Shown here piece after piece: positions 12,688 to 23,877 of a DNA stretch of 64,000 nucleotides. How positions within the stretch are numbered: position 1 is the stretch's first letter; the number at the start of each line of letters is the position of its first letter. This stretch comes from Mantamonas sphyraenae STR306. Lineage: Eukaryota; Protista; CRuMs. The notes beneath the pieces were generated by a model, which saw only the letters and a list, made by a program, of their open reading frames with translations, was not told the DNA's origin and ran no database searches. The position numbers and the translations under genes are program-made. The stretch is taken from NCBI GenBank assembly GCA_026936335.1, contig JAPMXV010000030.1:248001-312000 (forward strand), given 5' to 3'.

Positions 12688-13611
12688 ATGTTCCTCTTCT
12701 GGCTCCTTGGATACCTTGGCACTGCCGTTCTCTTTGCCTTTGGCGTGCTTTGCCTTGCCTGTGGCCTCTACTACCTCGCAGAGCAGGTCGAGGAGCATGT
12801 GGTCCTCACCAAGAAGCTCCTCAAGCTTTTCATGCTGGTACGCGCCCATTCTCCGCGCAAACTCTCCTTTTGGTCTACTCACAACACCCACACACACGCA
12901 CACACAATCCATCCCGCACACGCACGCATGCACGTGGGTTCTCCCTTGCACAGTGCTCGGCCCTCATCCAGCTCCTTCTCCTCCTGGCAGACAGTCTCCC
13001 GCTCTTTGAGACGATCGTCGGCGTTGCTGCACACGCCATGTATTTCCAGAATCTCCCTCGCTTCCCCGAGGTCGAACTCACCTCGTGGCAGTTTGTGGGC
13101 AGCTGCAGTGAGTTGTCCTGCCCACCCAGCGTCCACACAACCCCTTGCACGCCGGCTTTCCGCGCCACGTCATTTCCAGTATGCGTTTCGGGAACCCCGG
13201 CCTTGCTTCCACACCCGTCTGTTCACTCACTGTCCCGTTTCCCACCTCCCAACTCCGTGCCACACACCCACAGTCATGCTCATTCTCCACCATAGCGTCG
13301 TCTTTCGCCACTTTGCAGCCTACTACTACCCGTTCCGCCAGGTCATTTCCTTCTTTGCGCTCTGTGTCTGGCTCGTGCCCTTCACCCTGTTCATATCCCT
13401 CAGCGCACAAGAAGAGACTCTTCCTTTCAAGGTCGCTTCCTCCTCCTCCTCCTCCAAGAACGGCGTCGCCGACTCGCCCAACCTCGACGATCTCCTCGCC
13501 AAGCCCAAGCGCCGCCAGAACCTGCTTCTCTCCCTCTACAACTACCTTGGCTCGCGCAAGGAAGAGATTTTGCCTTCCTCCAAGGCCAGTGCAGCATCGA
13601 AATGGCAGTGA
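12688..13611 (+). CDS. TEX261: TEX261/Svp26 (Erv26) ER-export adaptor; introns ~12838-12953 and ~13108-13273
   Basis: CLACGLYYLAEQVEEH and FFALCVWLVPFTLFISLSA are the family signature. Confidence 0.85.
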   Translation: MFLFWLLGYLGTAVLFAFGVLCLACGLYYLAEQVEEHVVLTKKLLKLFMLVRAHSPRKLSFWSTHNTHTHAHTIHPAHARMHVGSPLHSARPSSSSFSSWQTVSRSLRRSSALLHTPCISRISLASPRSNSPRGSLWAAAVSCPAHPASTQPLARRLSAPRHFQYAFREPRPCFHTRLFTHCPVSHLPTPCHTPTVMLILHHSVVFRHFAAYYYPFRQVISFFALCVWLVPFTLFISLSAQEETLPFKVASSSSSSKNGVADSPNLDDLLAKPKRRQNLLLSLYNYLGSRKEEILPSSKASAASKWQ

Positions 13612-13653
13612 GGTCCAATCGAACAATACACGCGCGCTTCATTCGTCACCCGC

Positions 13654-15211
13654 TCAAAGCAGCCCTGGGAGCACATAGTACGGAACCATCTCGCAGTACT
13701 TGGTCCAAGCCTCTCCATACTTGCGGGCACACACGTCGTCATCCATGCGTGCGCGGTGCACAAGCAGCAGGACCAGCAACACGCACTGGATGTACGGCGT
13801 AATTGACTCGGTGCCTGCAGTCAGACTCCAGAACACAGTCATGGCCACCTCCCATGCGTAGTGCACATGTCGGGCAAGTCCCCACCAGCCAGAAGCCAGC
13901 AGGATACTGCCGTGCTCCATGCCATCCGAGGTGCGGTACCGTGCGTGCACCACCTTGGGCGCCTGTCCCCAGATTTGACATTGGCCCCAGGTTCGACGAA
14001 AGTGCATGCGCTGATAGTCCACCTCGTATGCAAACCAGATGCACAGCAGACCCGACAGCACAATGAAAAACGTCTCGGAAAACACCATGTACCTTGGGCG
14101 CTGCACCAGATACAGGGTGCTGCACGGTGCATACACAAGCACCCAGTTGCTGCTGTTCCACAGCTGGTAGAAACCCAGCCGGTGGTATTTCATGTCGATC
14201 GAGCTAAAGTATCCGCCTTCCCACGCCATGTACTTGAACAGGTACGTTTGCTGCAGCAGCACGTTCACAATCAGACTGTTGCTCACAAGCCGCTCATTCA
14301 GCTCCAACTGGCTCAGCGCATGCATGTTCAGCAACACCGACCAGCCCAGGATCGAGAACCGTGACGAAAGCAACTGCTTCAACTCCACCCCGAGGAACCG
14401 CGGGTGGAGCTCCGTGCCCCAGTACACGTCCATCACCAGGTTTCCTGTGCTGCCCGAGTCGTTCGACGAGGGCGCAACCATGCCCTTGACGCTCAGCACC
14501 ACGCACACAGCCAGCGCCACGTAGTTCAGCGTTGCCAGCAGCTCCGGAAACAGCTCCATGAAGCCCGTACCCGTCCACCAGCCCGCTCGTGCACCCACCA
14601 CCATAGTTACGTGCGTCACCACAAATGCTCCGACTCCGTTCAACACATACTCTGGCCGGTTGCCTGCAGGCGTGATGCTCCCTGAGCACTGCTTGCCTGG
14701 GAGCACCTTCAGCAACACCAGTTGGAACGCTGCAAACCCTCCAATCACCTTTAGGGCACGCATTGACGCCTCTGGATAAATCTGGGCCGTCGTGACCATC
14801 CCAGGAGTCCCGTACGCACGCGCACACGTGTCAGTTTTGTTCGCCCTCCGAAAACGTGCGCACCCTTCCACGAGGTCGCTCACACTCGCTGTCAACCACT
14901 TGTCGGCGCCTTTGACAGTGCATGGCATTTGCACAGTTGCCATCCATCGGCTACTGCCGCTCACATACCGATCGGATCCACTGGAACGAGTTGAGCGGGT
15001 CGGTTGGCCTGATGTCCACCAAGGACCACAGGTACCTGACCAGTCCACCCACAAAGTCGCCATACACGGGCGAGTCACGCGCCAGACACACGTGTGCCAT
15101 CAGCGCCACCAGTGTCGGGCTCAAACACATCACCACCAGCGGAAACGCAGTGTTTCGAAGCTGTACGCGCGCAATGTCAGCGCTCGTCCGCTCTCTTCCT
15201 CCCCTCTCCAT
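13654..15211 (-). CDS. DHCR7: 7-dehydrocholesterol reductase-like (ERG4/ERG24 sterol reductase family); one intron at ~14782-14968
   Basis: YWGTELHPR, LLASGWWGLARHVHY and HRARMDDDVCARKYGEAWTKYCEMVPY. Confidence 0.85.
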
Positions 15212-15346
15212 GCACACGATTCCATGGGCCCACACTGCCTTGTCGCAATGCCTCCCATCACCTCTACTCTCCTCTCTCTTACTTTGTCAAGGGTGCTTGT
15301 CGACATTGTGGCCTGTTGATGCGCTGGGTCGGCCAGAGCCTCCACG

Positions 15347-15357
15347 ATGTCGTCGCC

Positions 15358-15389
<32 letters not shown>

Positions 15390-17781
15390 CCGACAACAAA
15401 GAGGCCGATCTGCAACACCTCAGCCTGTCGGTGTCCCAGTATGGCTTCAGCACAGACGTGTTTGCCTCCTCCAACTTCAAGGTCGACGACTTTATCCGCG
15501 ACTGCCGCACACGCCTCTCTCTCGCCGCCCTTGGCAAGGATCTCGACAAGTACGCCCTGGCGCTGCGCCGCGACCTCGTTGACCTCATCAACAAGGACTA
15601 CGCAGACATCGTTAGCCTCTCCACAAACATGGTCGGCATCGAGCCCGTCATCCACGCCCTGCGTCGTTCCCTCACCTCTGTCCAGCAAGAGCTCAAGGTG
15701 CGTTCTTGCCCGGCCCTCTCCGCTTCCCCAGAGCACGCGCCCTGACACGCGACCCGCCCTCCCCCTGGGGCCCCCCGCCACTTCCCTGTCCCACACAGCA
15801 AGCGCACATGCATGTGTCGGGCACCTTGCAGGACTTTGAGCAAGAACTGGACAATCATCGGCAACTTGCAGCCCGTGAAGCCACCCTCCAGCTCTGCCTC
15901 AACATTTCGCATTCCGTATCCAAGATGGAGCGCCTGCTGCACTCGCAGGAGAGCTACAAGGTGCTGGAACAGAATCGCACCACACTTGCCGAGGGCAAGG
16001 CTGTCCTCACTGCCTCCTCAGCCTCTACATCGGCAGGCGGGGACGCCAAAACGGAGGACCCCGTAAACGAGGCCGACGCAGACACAGCCGCAGCAGACCT
16101 GGAGCAGGTTCAAGCCTTGTGCCACTTTCTCGAACGCATTGCCACAGAGTTTAACCACATGCAGTACCACGTCTCCCGTGCCCAAGATCTCGCCTTTGTC
16201 CGTTCCCTGCACCCTCGCATCAACATTGTCGAGCGCGTCTTTCACGAGCGCCTCAGCCACGCCTTTACACAGGCCATGAACACGCACACACGAGAAGTGG
16301 TCCTCCAGTGCCTTCGTGCCTACTCGACCATCGCCCAGGAGCACAGGGCCGAGGAGCACGTGCGCGTGATCTTTACACGACCCGTCCTCGCCCAGTGGGC
16401 AAACTCACAGTACATTAGCCAGCACGGACTCGCTTCACTCTACGACAATGTGATGCGCTTTCTCGCCAACGAGCTCGAGCTGCCCATGAGCCTCACGGCA
16501 GGCAGCAACGCAGAACTCTCGGGCTTCCACTTTGCCACCCACTCTGTGTTTGCCGAGCTCGTGGAGCAAATCACTGCAAACGTGTCCACCGTGTTTGCCT
16601 ATGGCATTGCCGACAAGTTCCATGCCAACTTCCACGCCACCACCGACTTTCTTGCCCAGCTCGAGGCCACTCTCAGCACCGTCCAAGAGGTACAGCAGTT
16701 TCGCACCTCGGCACCCTACACCCAGTTTATGGCCGAGTGGAACCTGGTCATCTACTTCCAGCTGCGCTTCAAGGAGATCACAGAGACGCTGGAGGCGGCG
16801 CTTGGCCTGGACGTCCACCTAGCCGACTCCCTCAACGCCGAGGACAGGGGGCTGTCGACCCACGGCTTCCGCTTGCCTAGTGCTGCCGTCCTGTGGCAGT
16901 GTATGGAGCGCTGCTGGGCCGACGACGTGTACATTTCCCAACTTGGCCATCGGTTCCTGCGCCTCCACCTGCAACTGCTCAAGCGCTACGCCGTGTGGGC
17001 CACCGCCATGGCCGACCACGTGGCGCAAGCCGTGGCCGACAACGCCAATGTGCTCTCCAGTGGCATCAGCTCTCTGGTGCTTGTGTACAAAGACGTGCGC
17101 CGCATGGCGCACAGCTGGGATGCGCTCGTGGACGGCCACATCGCACCCAGGCTCAGCAGGAGAGTACAAACCGCGGGTGGAAGCTTCTCCCAGCTCGTTG
17201 CCGAATGCTTCCGCGATATGGAGGCCGAGCTGGACCAGGCCGCCGATGCCGTGCGTGCACAGATTGTACAGATGGTGGTCGAACGCTGCAACACCGCCGT
17301 GCCACGCGTCAAGACAATCAGCACGCTGCAGCGACGCAGCAAGGGCATGCCTGTGTCTGCTTCCACCTACATCCAGCAGATTGTCCAACCCTTGCAGCGC
17401 CAGATGGAGACCCTGACGTCCACTGAAGCACAGGCACTGGGGGCGTCCATCGACGCTCAGGAGCAGAGCCAGTGGAGCACAGAGGTGTTTGTGCAGGTTT
17501 GCCAAGAGTACCACAGTCTGGCCAGCCAGTTTCTGGACGATGTGCGCACAGCAGAGGAGAGCATCAGCAAGTTGAAAAAGACCAGTGCCAGCAGCAGCGG
17601 CGGCGCAAATTCAAACGAGACCGACCATCTGCGCAAGGTCATGATCCAGCTGTACCTGGACGTCCAGGCTCTGGAGGAGGCCATGGCTGCCCTGAACGTC
17701 AATCCTGCCGACGTGCCCGTTCTCGGAGATCTCAACGCCATGGTTGAGCGAGGAAAAGAACTCCACGCAATGAACAGCTAA
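15347..17781 (+). CDS. COG2: Conserved oligomeric Golgi complex subunit 2; intron near 15698-15800
   Basis: FKVDDFI..LVDLINKDYADIVSLSTNMVG at the N-terminus and WNLVIYFQLRFKEI. Confidence 0.88.
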
Positions 17782-17888
17782 GTGCTTGTCCTCAGAAATT
17801 GTACATGCGCAACAGGCAGAAGCGGCAGTGGAAAAATGAAGCACAGCACCGCGCGACGGACGCCACGGAATTCGCTTGCAAGCTGACC

Positions 17889-20800
17889 ATGGACGGATTT
17901 GGCTTTGGCTCTCTGTTTGACGAAATTGAACCGACGCCCCAAGCCAAAGCGCGCAGCGTGACGCCTCCCCCGTCCGATCGGTCGGGTCGTGCAGCTGCGT
18001 TGTTGCGCAAGAGCGGCTGGATGTTTGATCCGCGTGGCGACGCCGGCTACGTCGGCCTGCTAAACCAGTGAGTGCACACAGTGCCAACCGCACCACGTTC
18101 ATGTGCACGCACATGTGTGATGCATGCCCACCTTTTTGCACGGGCAGAGGATTTGGGCGGTCACACACGAGCAATGAGGCGACGGCGACGCTAACCACGG
18201 GGGAACAAACACACGCGACACCCAATCGCCACACGCACACAGAGGAGCCACGTGCTACCTCAACTCGCTGGTGCAGATCATGTACATGACCCCAGAGCTG
18301 CGCAAGGCACTGTACGAGCTGCCGGAAGCGTCCCTGGCGCCGCTGGAGGGCATTGAGGACGAGAACGACCTGCAGGCGGTGAGTGAGAGGGGAGCCACGG
18401 TGGAAACGCGATCAACAGCCCTCTCGCACGCAAACGCACACCTGCTGACTCCCCGACCCGCTTCATGTTCACCCACGCCATCTAAACACATTGGCTACTC
18501 TGTTGGATCAACGCACACACGCACAGAATGCCACGACGCTGCAAGAAGAGGCTGAGAAGGAAGAGCAGGAATCCAGCACCAAGGACGAGGAGCCCGAACC
18601 CGAACCCGAGCCCGAGCCCGAGCTGACGCCGCTGGAACAGGTCAACCAGGAAGGAGATGACTTTCAAATGCTCACTGCGTTTGGATTCGAGGCGGAGGAC
18701 ATTGCCAAGGCTTTGCTCAAGTTCCCCGGGAGCGGCGACGACGTCATGCAGCAGCGTGCAGACTACATCGCAAGCGGGGACGTGAAGCACGATCGTCGCT
18801 GGAAGCCCAAGCCCAAGAAGAGCACCAACAACAGCGCAGGCGGTGCCCGGCGCGGTGGAAGCGGCCCCAGCGGAGGGTATGCCGAACGCAAGCGGGCACA
18901 GCAGGAGCAGGCACGCGCACGCCAGCTGGAACGCAAGGCACAGCAGGAAGATGACTCGCTGGATGAGGATGACAGCGAAAGCATGGACATGATGGGCGAC
19001 TTTGACCTGTTTTCCAGCTCGGGCAACCAGCTCAATCTGGACGAGGACAACGCACGCGAGCTGGGTGGTCTGCCTCCCAGTGCCACCACAGACGAGCAAC
19101 CAGGTGCCATCATGTCTCTCTTTGACGACGAGTACCTGGCCGGCGACTCGGTGGTGCCCGTCGTGGACGACACACCGCGCGAGGCGCCCACCCTCATCAC
19201 CTCGGGCAACACCACATCCACCAGCACCACGGGCACAGACGACGACCTGGACGACGATATGAAAGCTGCCCTCGAAGCATCCAAGGCGTCCTTTCAGGCC
19301 GAACAGGCTCGCAATGACGAAGCCAGTGATCCAAGCAGCGCAAACACCGAAGGCCAGAGCGAGACCCAGGGGGAGCCAGAGACCAGCGCCGAGGAGCCCA
19401 AGGACAAAGACACGGAGCAAGAGCAGAAGCAGGAGGACAAGGAGGATGCCGAGGAACAAAAGGTGGAGGCCAAACGCCACCCGATGCTCATCCCGACGCA
19501 GTTCCAGAAGCTGTTTGCCCAGATGCAGGAGATGGACGTGCGTGCGCTGAGCACGCAGCCTGTGACCAACAGCTTTGGGTGGAACAACTCCGAGGTGACT
19601 GTGCAACACGACGTTCACGAGCTCAATCGCGTCCTCTTTGACGTGCTCGACCGCACCCTCGCTTCGACCCCCAGCGCAAGCACCATCAACACGCTCTACC
19701 GAGGCATTATGTCCAATCTCTTGCACTGCACCGAATGCAAGACCACGCGCGAGAACGAGGAGCACTACTTTGATGTCGGCTGCATCGTGAAGAACGTCCA
19801 CAACCTCAACGCAAGCCTGGACCAGCTCACAAGCTTCGAGACCCTGGACGGCGACAACCAGTACCACTGTGAAGTGTGCAACAAAAAAGTGGACGCCAAG
19901 AAGGGCGTGTGCTTCAAGACGCTGCCCCCCATTCTCACTTTCTGCCTGCAGCGCTTCGAGTACGACTGGATGGAAGACCGCCGCGTCAAGCTGACTCAGG
20001 ATTTTGCCTTTCCGCCCGTCGTTGACATGGCACCCTACCTCAACATCTCTCCTGAGGATGCCAAGAGCAACGAGGAGGCCATGTTGGCCGCCGTCAAGGC
20101 CTACCAGGAGAACGAAGACCTCGGCCTCGAGCAACCCGAGTACGACCCCACTTCTCCGCACCTCTACGATCTCTTTGCCGTTGTTATCCACGAAGGCGGT
20201 GCGTACGGTGGCCATTACCACGCGTACATCCGCGAGGTGCTGCCCAACACGCACACCAACGCCGACGACGGTGAAGCCTCCTCAGCCGGCTCCTCCTCCT
20301 CTTCCTCCTCCGTTGAGGACAAAGCGGTGCCTCTGAACGCTGGCTGCACTTTAACGACAGCTCTGTGGAAGTGGTGCCTGTCGAACGCCTGGCCAGCCAG
20401 TACGGCGGCGCCAAAAGCGCTTGTGAGTTTCCGTCTGAGTTTTCCATCGTTTCCGACGCCCATACACGCACCACGCACACACTGACACACCTCTCTGCGC
20501 GTTGCACACAGACATGCTGGTGTATCGCGCACGCAGTTTCAACTGGACGGGCGAGCAGCTGGCGATCCCGCAGCATCTGCAGGCAAAGATCAGCGAACAC
20601 AACGAAACGATTGTGGAGGAGCGCCAAGTGTACGACGAGATCGTCAACATGCGCGACTACTCGTATTACCTCAACGACTACTTTGACGTGGTCAACTCGA
20701 CCATGCAGCGCAAGATGATCGCTGTCGAGGGGCAAGATGAACCCGTGGAGAACGAGGCGTCCATGGAACGGGTGCGCCTGCACAAGAAGTCCACCATCAA

Positions 20801-23223
20801 AGACTTGAAGAAGCACATTGTAGAGACGTTTGGAGAGCGGCTGGGCAGCCTGACGGCCGAGACGATGCAGATCCACGAGGTCAAGTTTCGCAGCACAAAC
20901 GTGCAGATCACGCGTGCATTCCATACGCTGGACGACAAGGACACGCTGACCAAGTGCAACTTGTACGACAACTCCGATTTGCTCATTTGGGATGGCCAGT
21001 CGATCAACGGCAAGCCGTGGAGCGGACGCGAGATGCAGCTGCACATCAACTACTTTGAGGGCTCCATCGAACCGACACCCATGGACATCTACCTGCCAGA
21101 AAGCATCACCTTGACCGACCTCAAGATGCGCCTGGCAGACCTTCTGCAGCTGCCACCCGAAGCCCAGTACGTGTGCCTCACCGACAAGGAAGGCATCCTC
21201 CCGCTTACAAGCGACTCCGAGACGCTCCTGGCCATTGGGTTGTACAACGAGTGCACCCTGAGTGTGGAGTACAAAGAGCCTGTGGACGAGAGCGCAGCAA
21301 CAGCCGAGGCTGCAGAGGGGAACCCTGAAGAGGGCGGGGAGGAGAGCTCCAGCACCCCGAAGCCGGTCGAGTTCCAGTCGCTGGCCGAGCTGGCCTTCCT
21401 CAACAACCTGAACAAGCTGGAAGTGCACATCCGCAGTGAACTGGCCACGCCGCTGGCCAAGGACGGCGAACGCTTCGAGCGCAACTTTAGCGTGATGTGC
21501 GAAATGACAGCCACGCTGGGCGACGCGAAGATGCTGGCTATCTCCAAGCTGGGATTCACGGTAAACAGCAGCGAGGTGCGTCTGCGACGCGTGCAGCCTG
21601 GAGGTGGTGAGGGTGCCCTGTTTACGGACGAGGACGTGTACCTGGAGGACGCCGGAGTGTACGATGGTTCCCGACTGATCATCGAGGATGGCGAGCCGCC
21701 GCTGGCCGGGTACCTCTTCCTGAGGTACGTGGTCGTGCACGACGGCCGCTCGGTGACCATCCAAAAGTCGGACATCACGCTGCACAAAAAGACGGTGCTG
21801 CGCGAAGCCAAGCGTCTGATGGTGCAGAAGATCGAGGGCGACGCAAGCAAGTCGATCGACGAATACCGCCTGCGCAAGACAGACTTTTTCGAGAACCCCA
21901 CCGACTTGTACACGGACGAAGACGTGACGCTGGACGATGAGGGCCTGAGCAACGGCTCTGTGCTGTGGCTGGAGGAGGGCAAGGCACCAGTGCCTGGTCA
22001 GATTGCCGTCGACGTGTACTGGATGAACCCGAAGATCTGGGGCCACATGAACGACTTTACAGGCTCACGTTGGCCAAGGATCTGGCCAATGAGTCCAGCG
22101 GCTTCACGCAGATGAGCAGCGTGGGCGGCGCAAAGGTCGAGCTGGAAAAGGCCATGGAACGCGACGCACAGACCGAGGGCCAGGCTGAGGACCAAAGCGA
22201 GGAGGCACAAGAAGGTCAGGAGGAGGCGGGAAGCAGTGCATCTGATGCACAAGAGGGGGCCAAGGAGCAGGAGGCAGCGAAAGCAGCAGCAGCTCAGCCG
22301 GAGGGGTGCGTGTGCAGCAGACCAAGATGACAAACGTGGTGATGAACGAGGGCGAAGACGAGGTGTACTACGTCGAGTCGCTGTACCGTGCGAACCCAGA
22401 TCCGCTGATGACGGTGGAGCACGCGGGGGTGCTGGACACCTCGAGCTTCAACACACTGGCAAAGTTCAAGGAGGAGCTGTACGCCATGCCGATGTTCAGT
22501 GTGGCCAAGAGTGCCAAGCACCTGCGTGTGTGGTGTGACAACAAGGTGCTGCGTCGCGAGCAGTCGATGATCAAGTCGTTGCACGTGGCCAACGGCAAGA
22601 TGGTCGTGGTGCAGATCCTGGAGGAGGAGGAAGAGGAGTTGCCGGTCAGCAAAATGGTGCTGTTTGTGACACGCCGCAACCCCAACGTACGCATGTACGA
22701 AGGACCCTTGCGTGAGTTTGTGTTTGACGCAGGTTACTCGCCGCAGGTCGGCGACCTGAAAGACGCCATCAGCACCGAGCTCGGCATTGCCAGGGACAAC
22801 GTGGTGCTGGCCAAGTACGACCGCATGCGCACCACTCTCTGGGTTCTGGATGAGTATGGCAACGGCAGCGGATCGTCCACCAAGAAGGACGAGCCTGAGG
22901 AGGACAAGCAGAAGCAAGGCGAGGCAGCAGAGGGTGAGGCCCAGGAGCAAGACAAGGAAGGCGACAAGGACGGCGACAAGGCCAAGGACAACAAGGGCAA
23001 GGACAAGGCCAAGAAGGCGTCGCTGAAGGGCAAGCCGTACAACCTGAAGGAAGGTGACCTGCTGATTGTCAAGGACTCGAGCGAGGATCCGGAGGACGAA
23101 GACGACTTTTTGGTCCATTACAAGAGCAACGCACGCAACTTTTGGCAAAGTGCGTACGCTGGAGGACCGTCGGGCAGCCCGGGATCGCGACCGAAGGAGG
23201 TGGGGCTGAAAATCACAATCTAA
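17889..23223 (+). CDS. Ubiquitin-specific protease, USP40/USP47-like; several introns, frameshifts at ~20330 and ~22070
   Basis: Cys box GLLNQ|GATCYLNS split by an intron, QHDVHELNRVLFD, His box VVIHEGGAYGGHYHAYIR, and C-terminal ubiquitin-like repeats. Confidence 0.85.
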
Positions 23224-23240
23224 TCAGCCGCCCTGCGATT

Positions 23241-23827
23241 TCATTTCTTTGTGTTTTCCAGTCCATGGACCACCTGTGCAATGTCTTCGAGCAGATCGTC
23301 GGTCGAGGCGATCTGGTCTGCGTGAAAGAGGCGCGTTTCATCGTTTGCTGCACGAGGCGGAAGCGGCCGTGGTTAGCGCGAGGGCTGTGTAGGCAGAGGG
23401 GAGCAGATGAGGGGTGGAAACCACACACAGTGGACAGTAAACGGCACTGGAAAGGCACGTACAAAAGGTGACTGCGATCTGGGAAGCCTGTGTGTCTGTA
23501 TCGGTGACGTTGAAGGAGGTCTTGCAGTCGGGGTTGCTCTTGCGCGCGTTGGAGCTGCTGACACGGGCAACAAACTCGCGTGTGGCAGCAAGGTTGGCGC
23601 AATGCGGATAAATGTCCACCTGGATCTTCTTGAGATGCTTGAGGGAGGTCTGTGACGAGAGCGGGGCAAACACAAGGCGCAGTGGTGGGTCAGCATGCGG
23701 AGGAACGAGGGCAGCAGGGGAGACACAGGCACCCATGACACAACACAGGGCGACATAAGCACATGTGTCCATTTGCCAAAGAACCCGCCCCAGCAAGCAA
23801 TGCGAGGACAGGATGCACACTCACCAT
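23241..23827 (-). CDS. Mitochondrial ribosomal protein mL53-like; two introns, first coding exon is the ATG only
   Basis: LKHLKKIQVDIYP..TREFVARVSSSNARKSNPDCK..IAVTF resembles mL53. ATG|gtgagt at 23827. Confidence 0.65.
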
Positions 23828-23877
23828 GGTCACGAGAAAGAAAGTGGATTTGCGCTGGGTGTGGCAACGCCGCCTGG

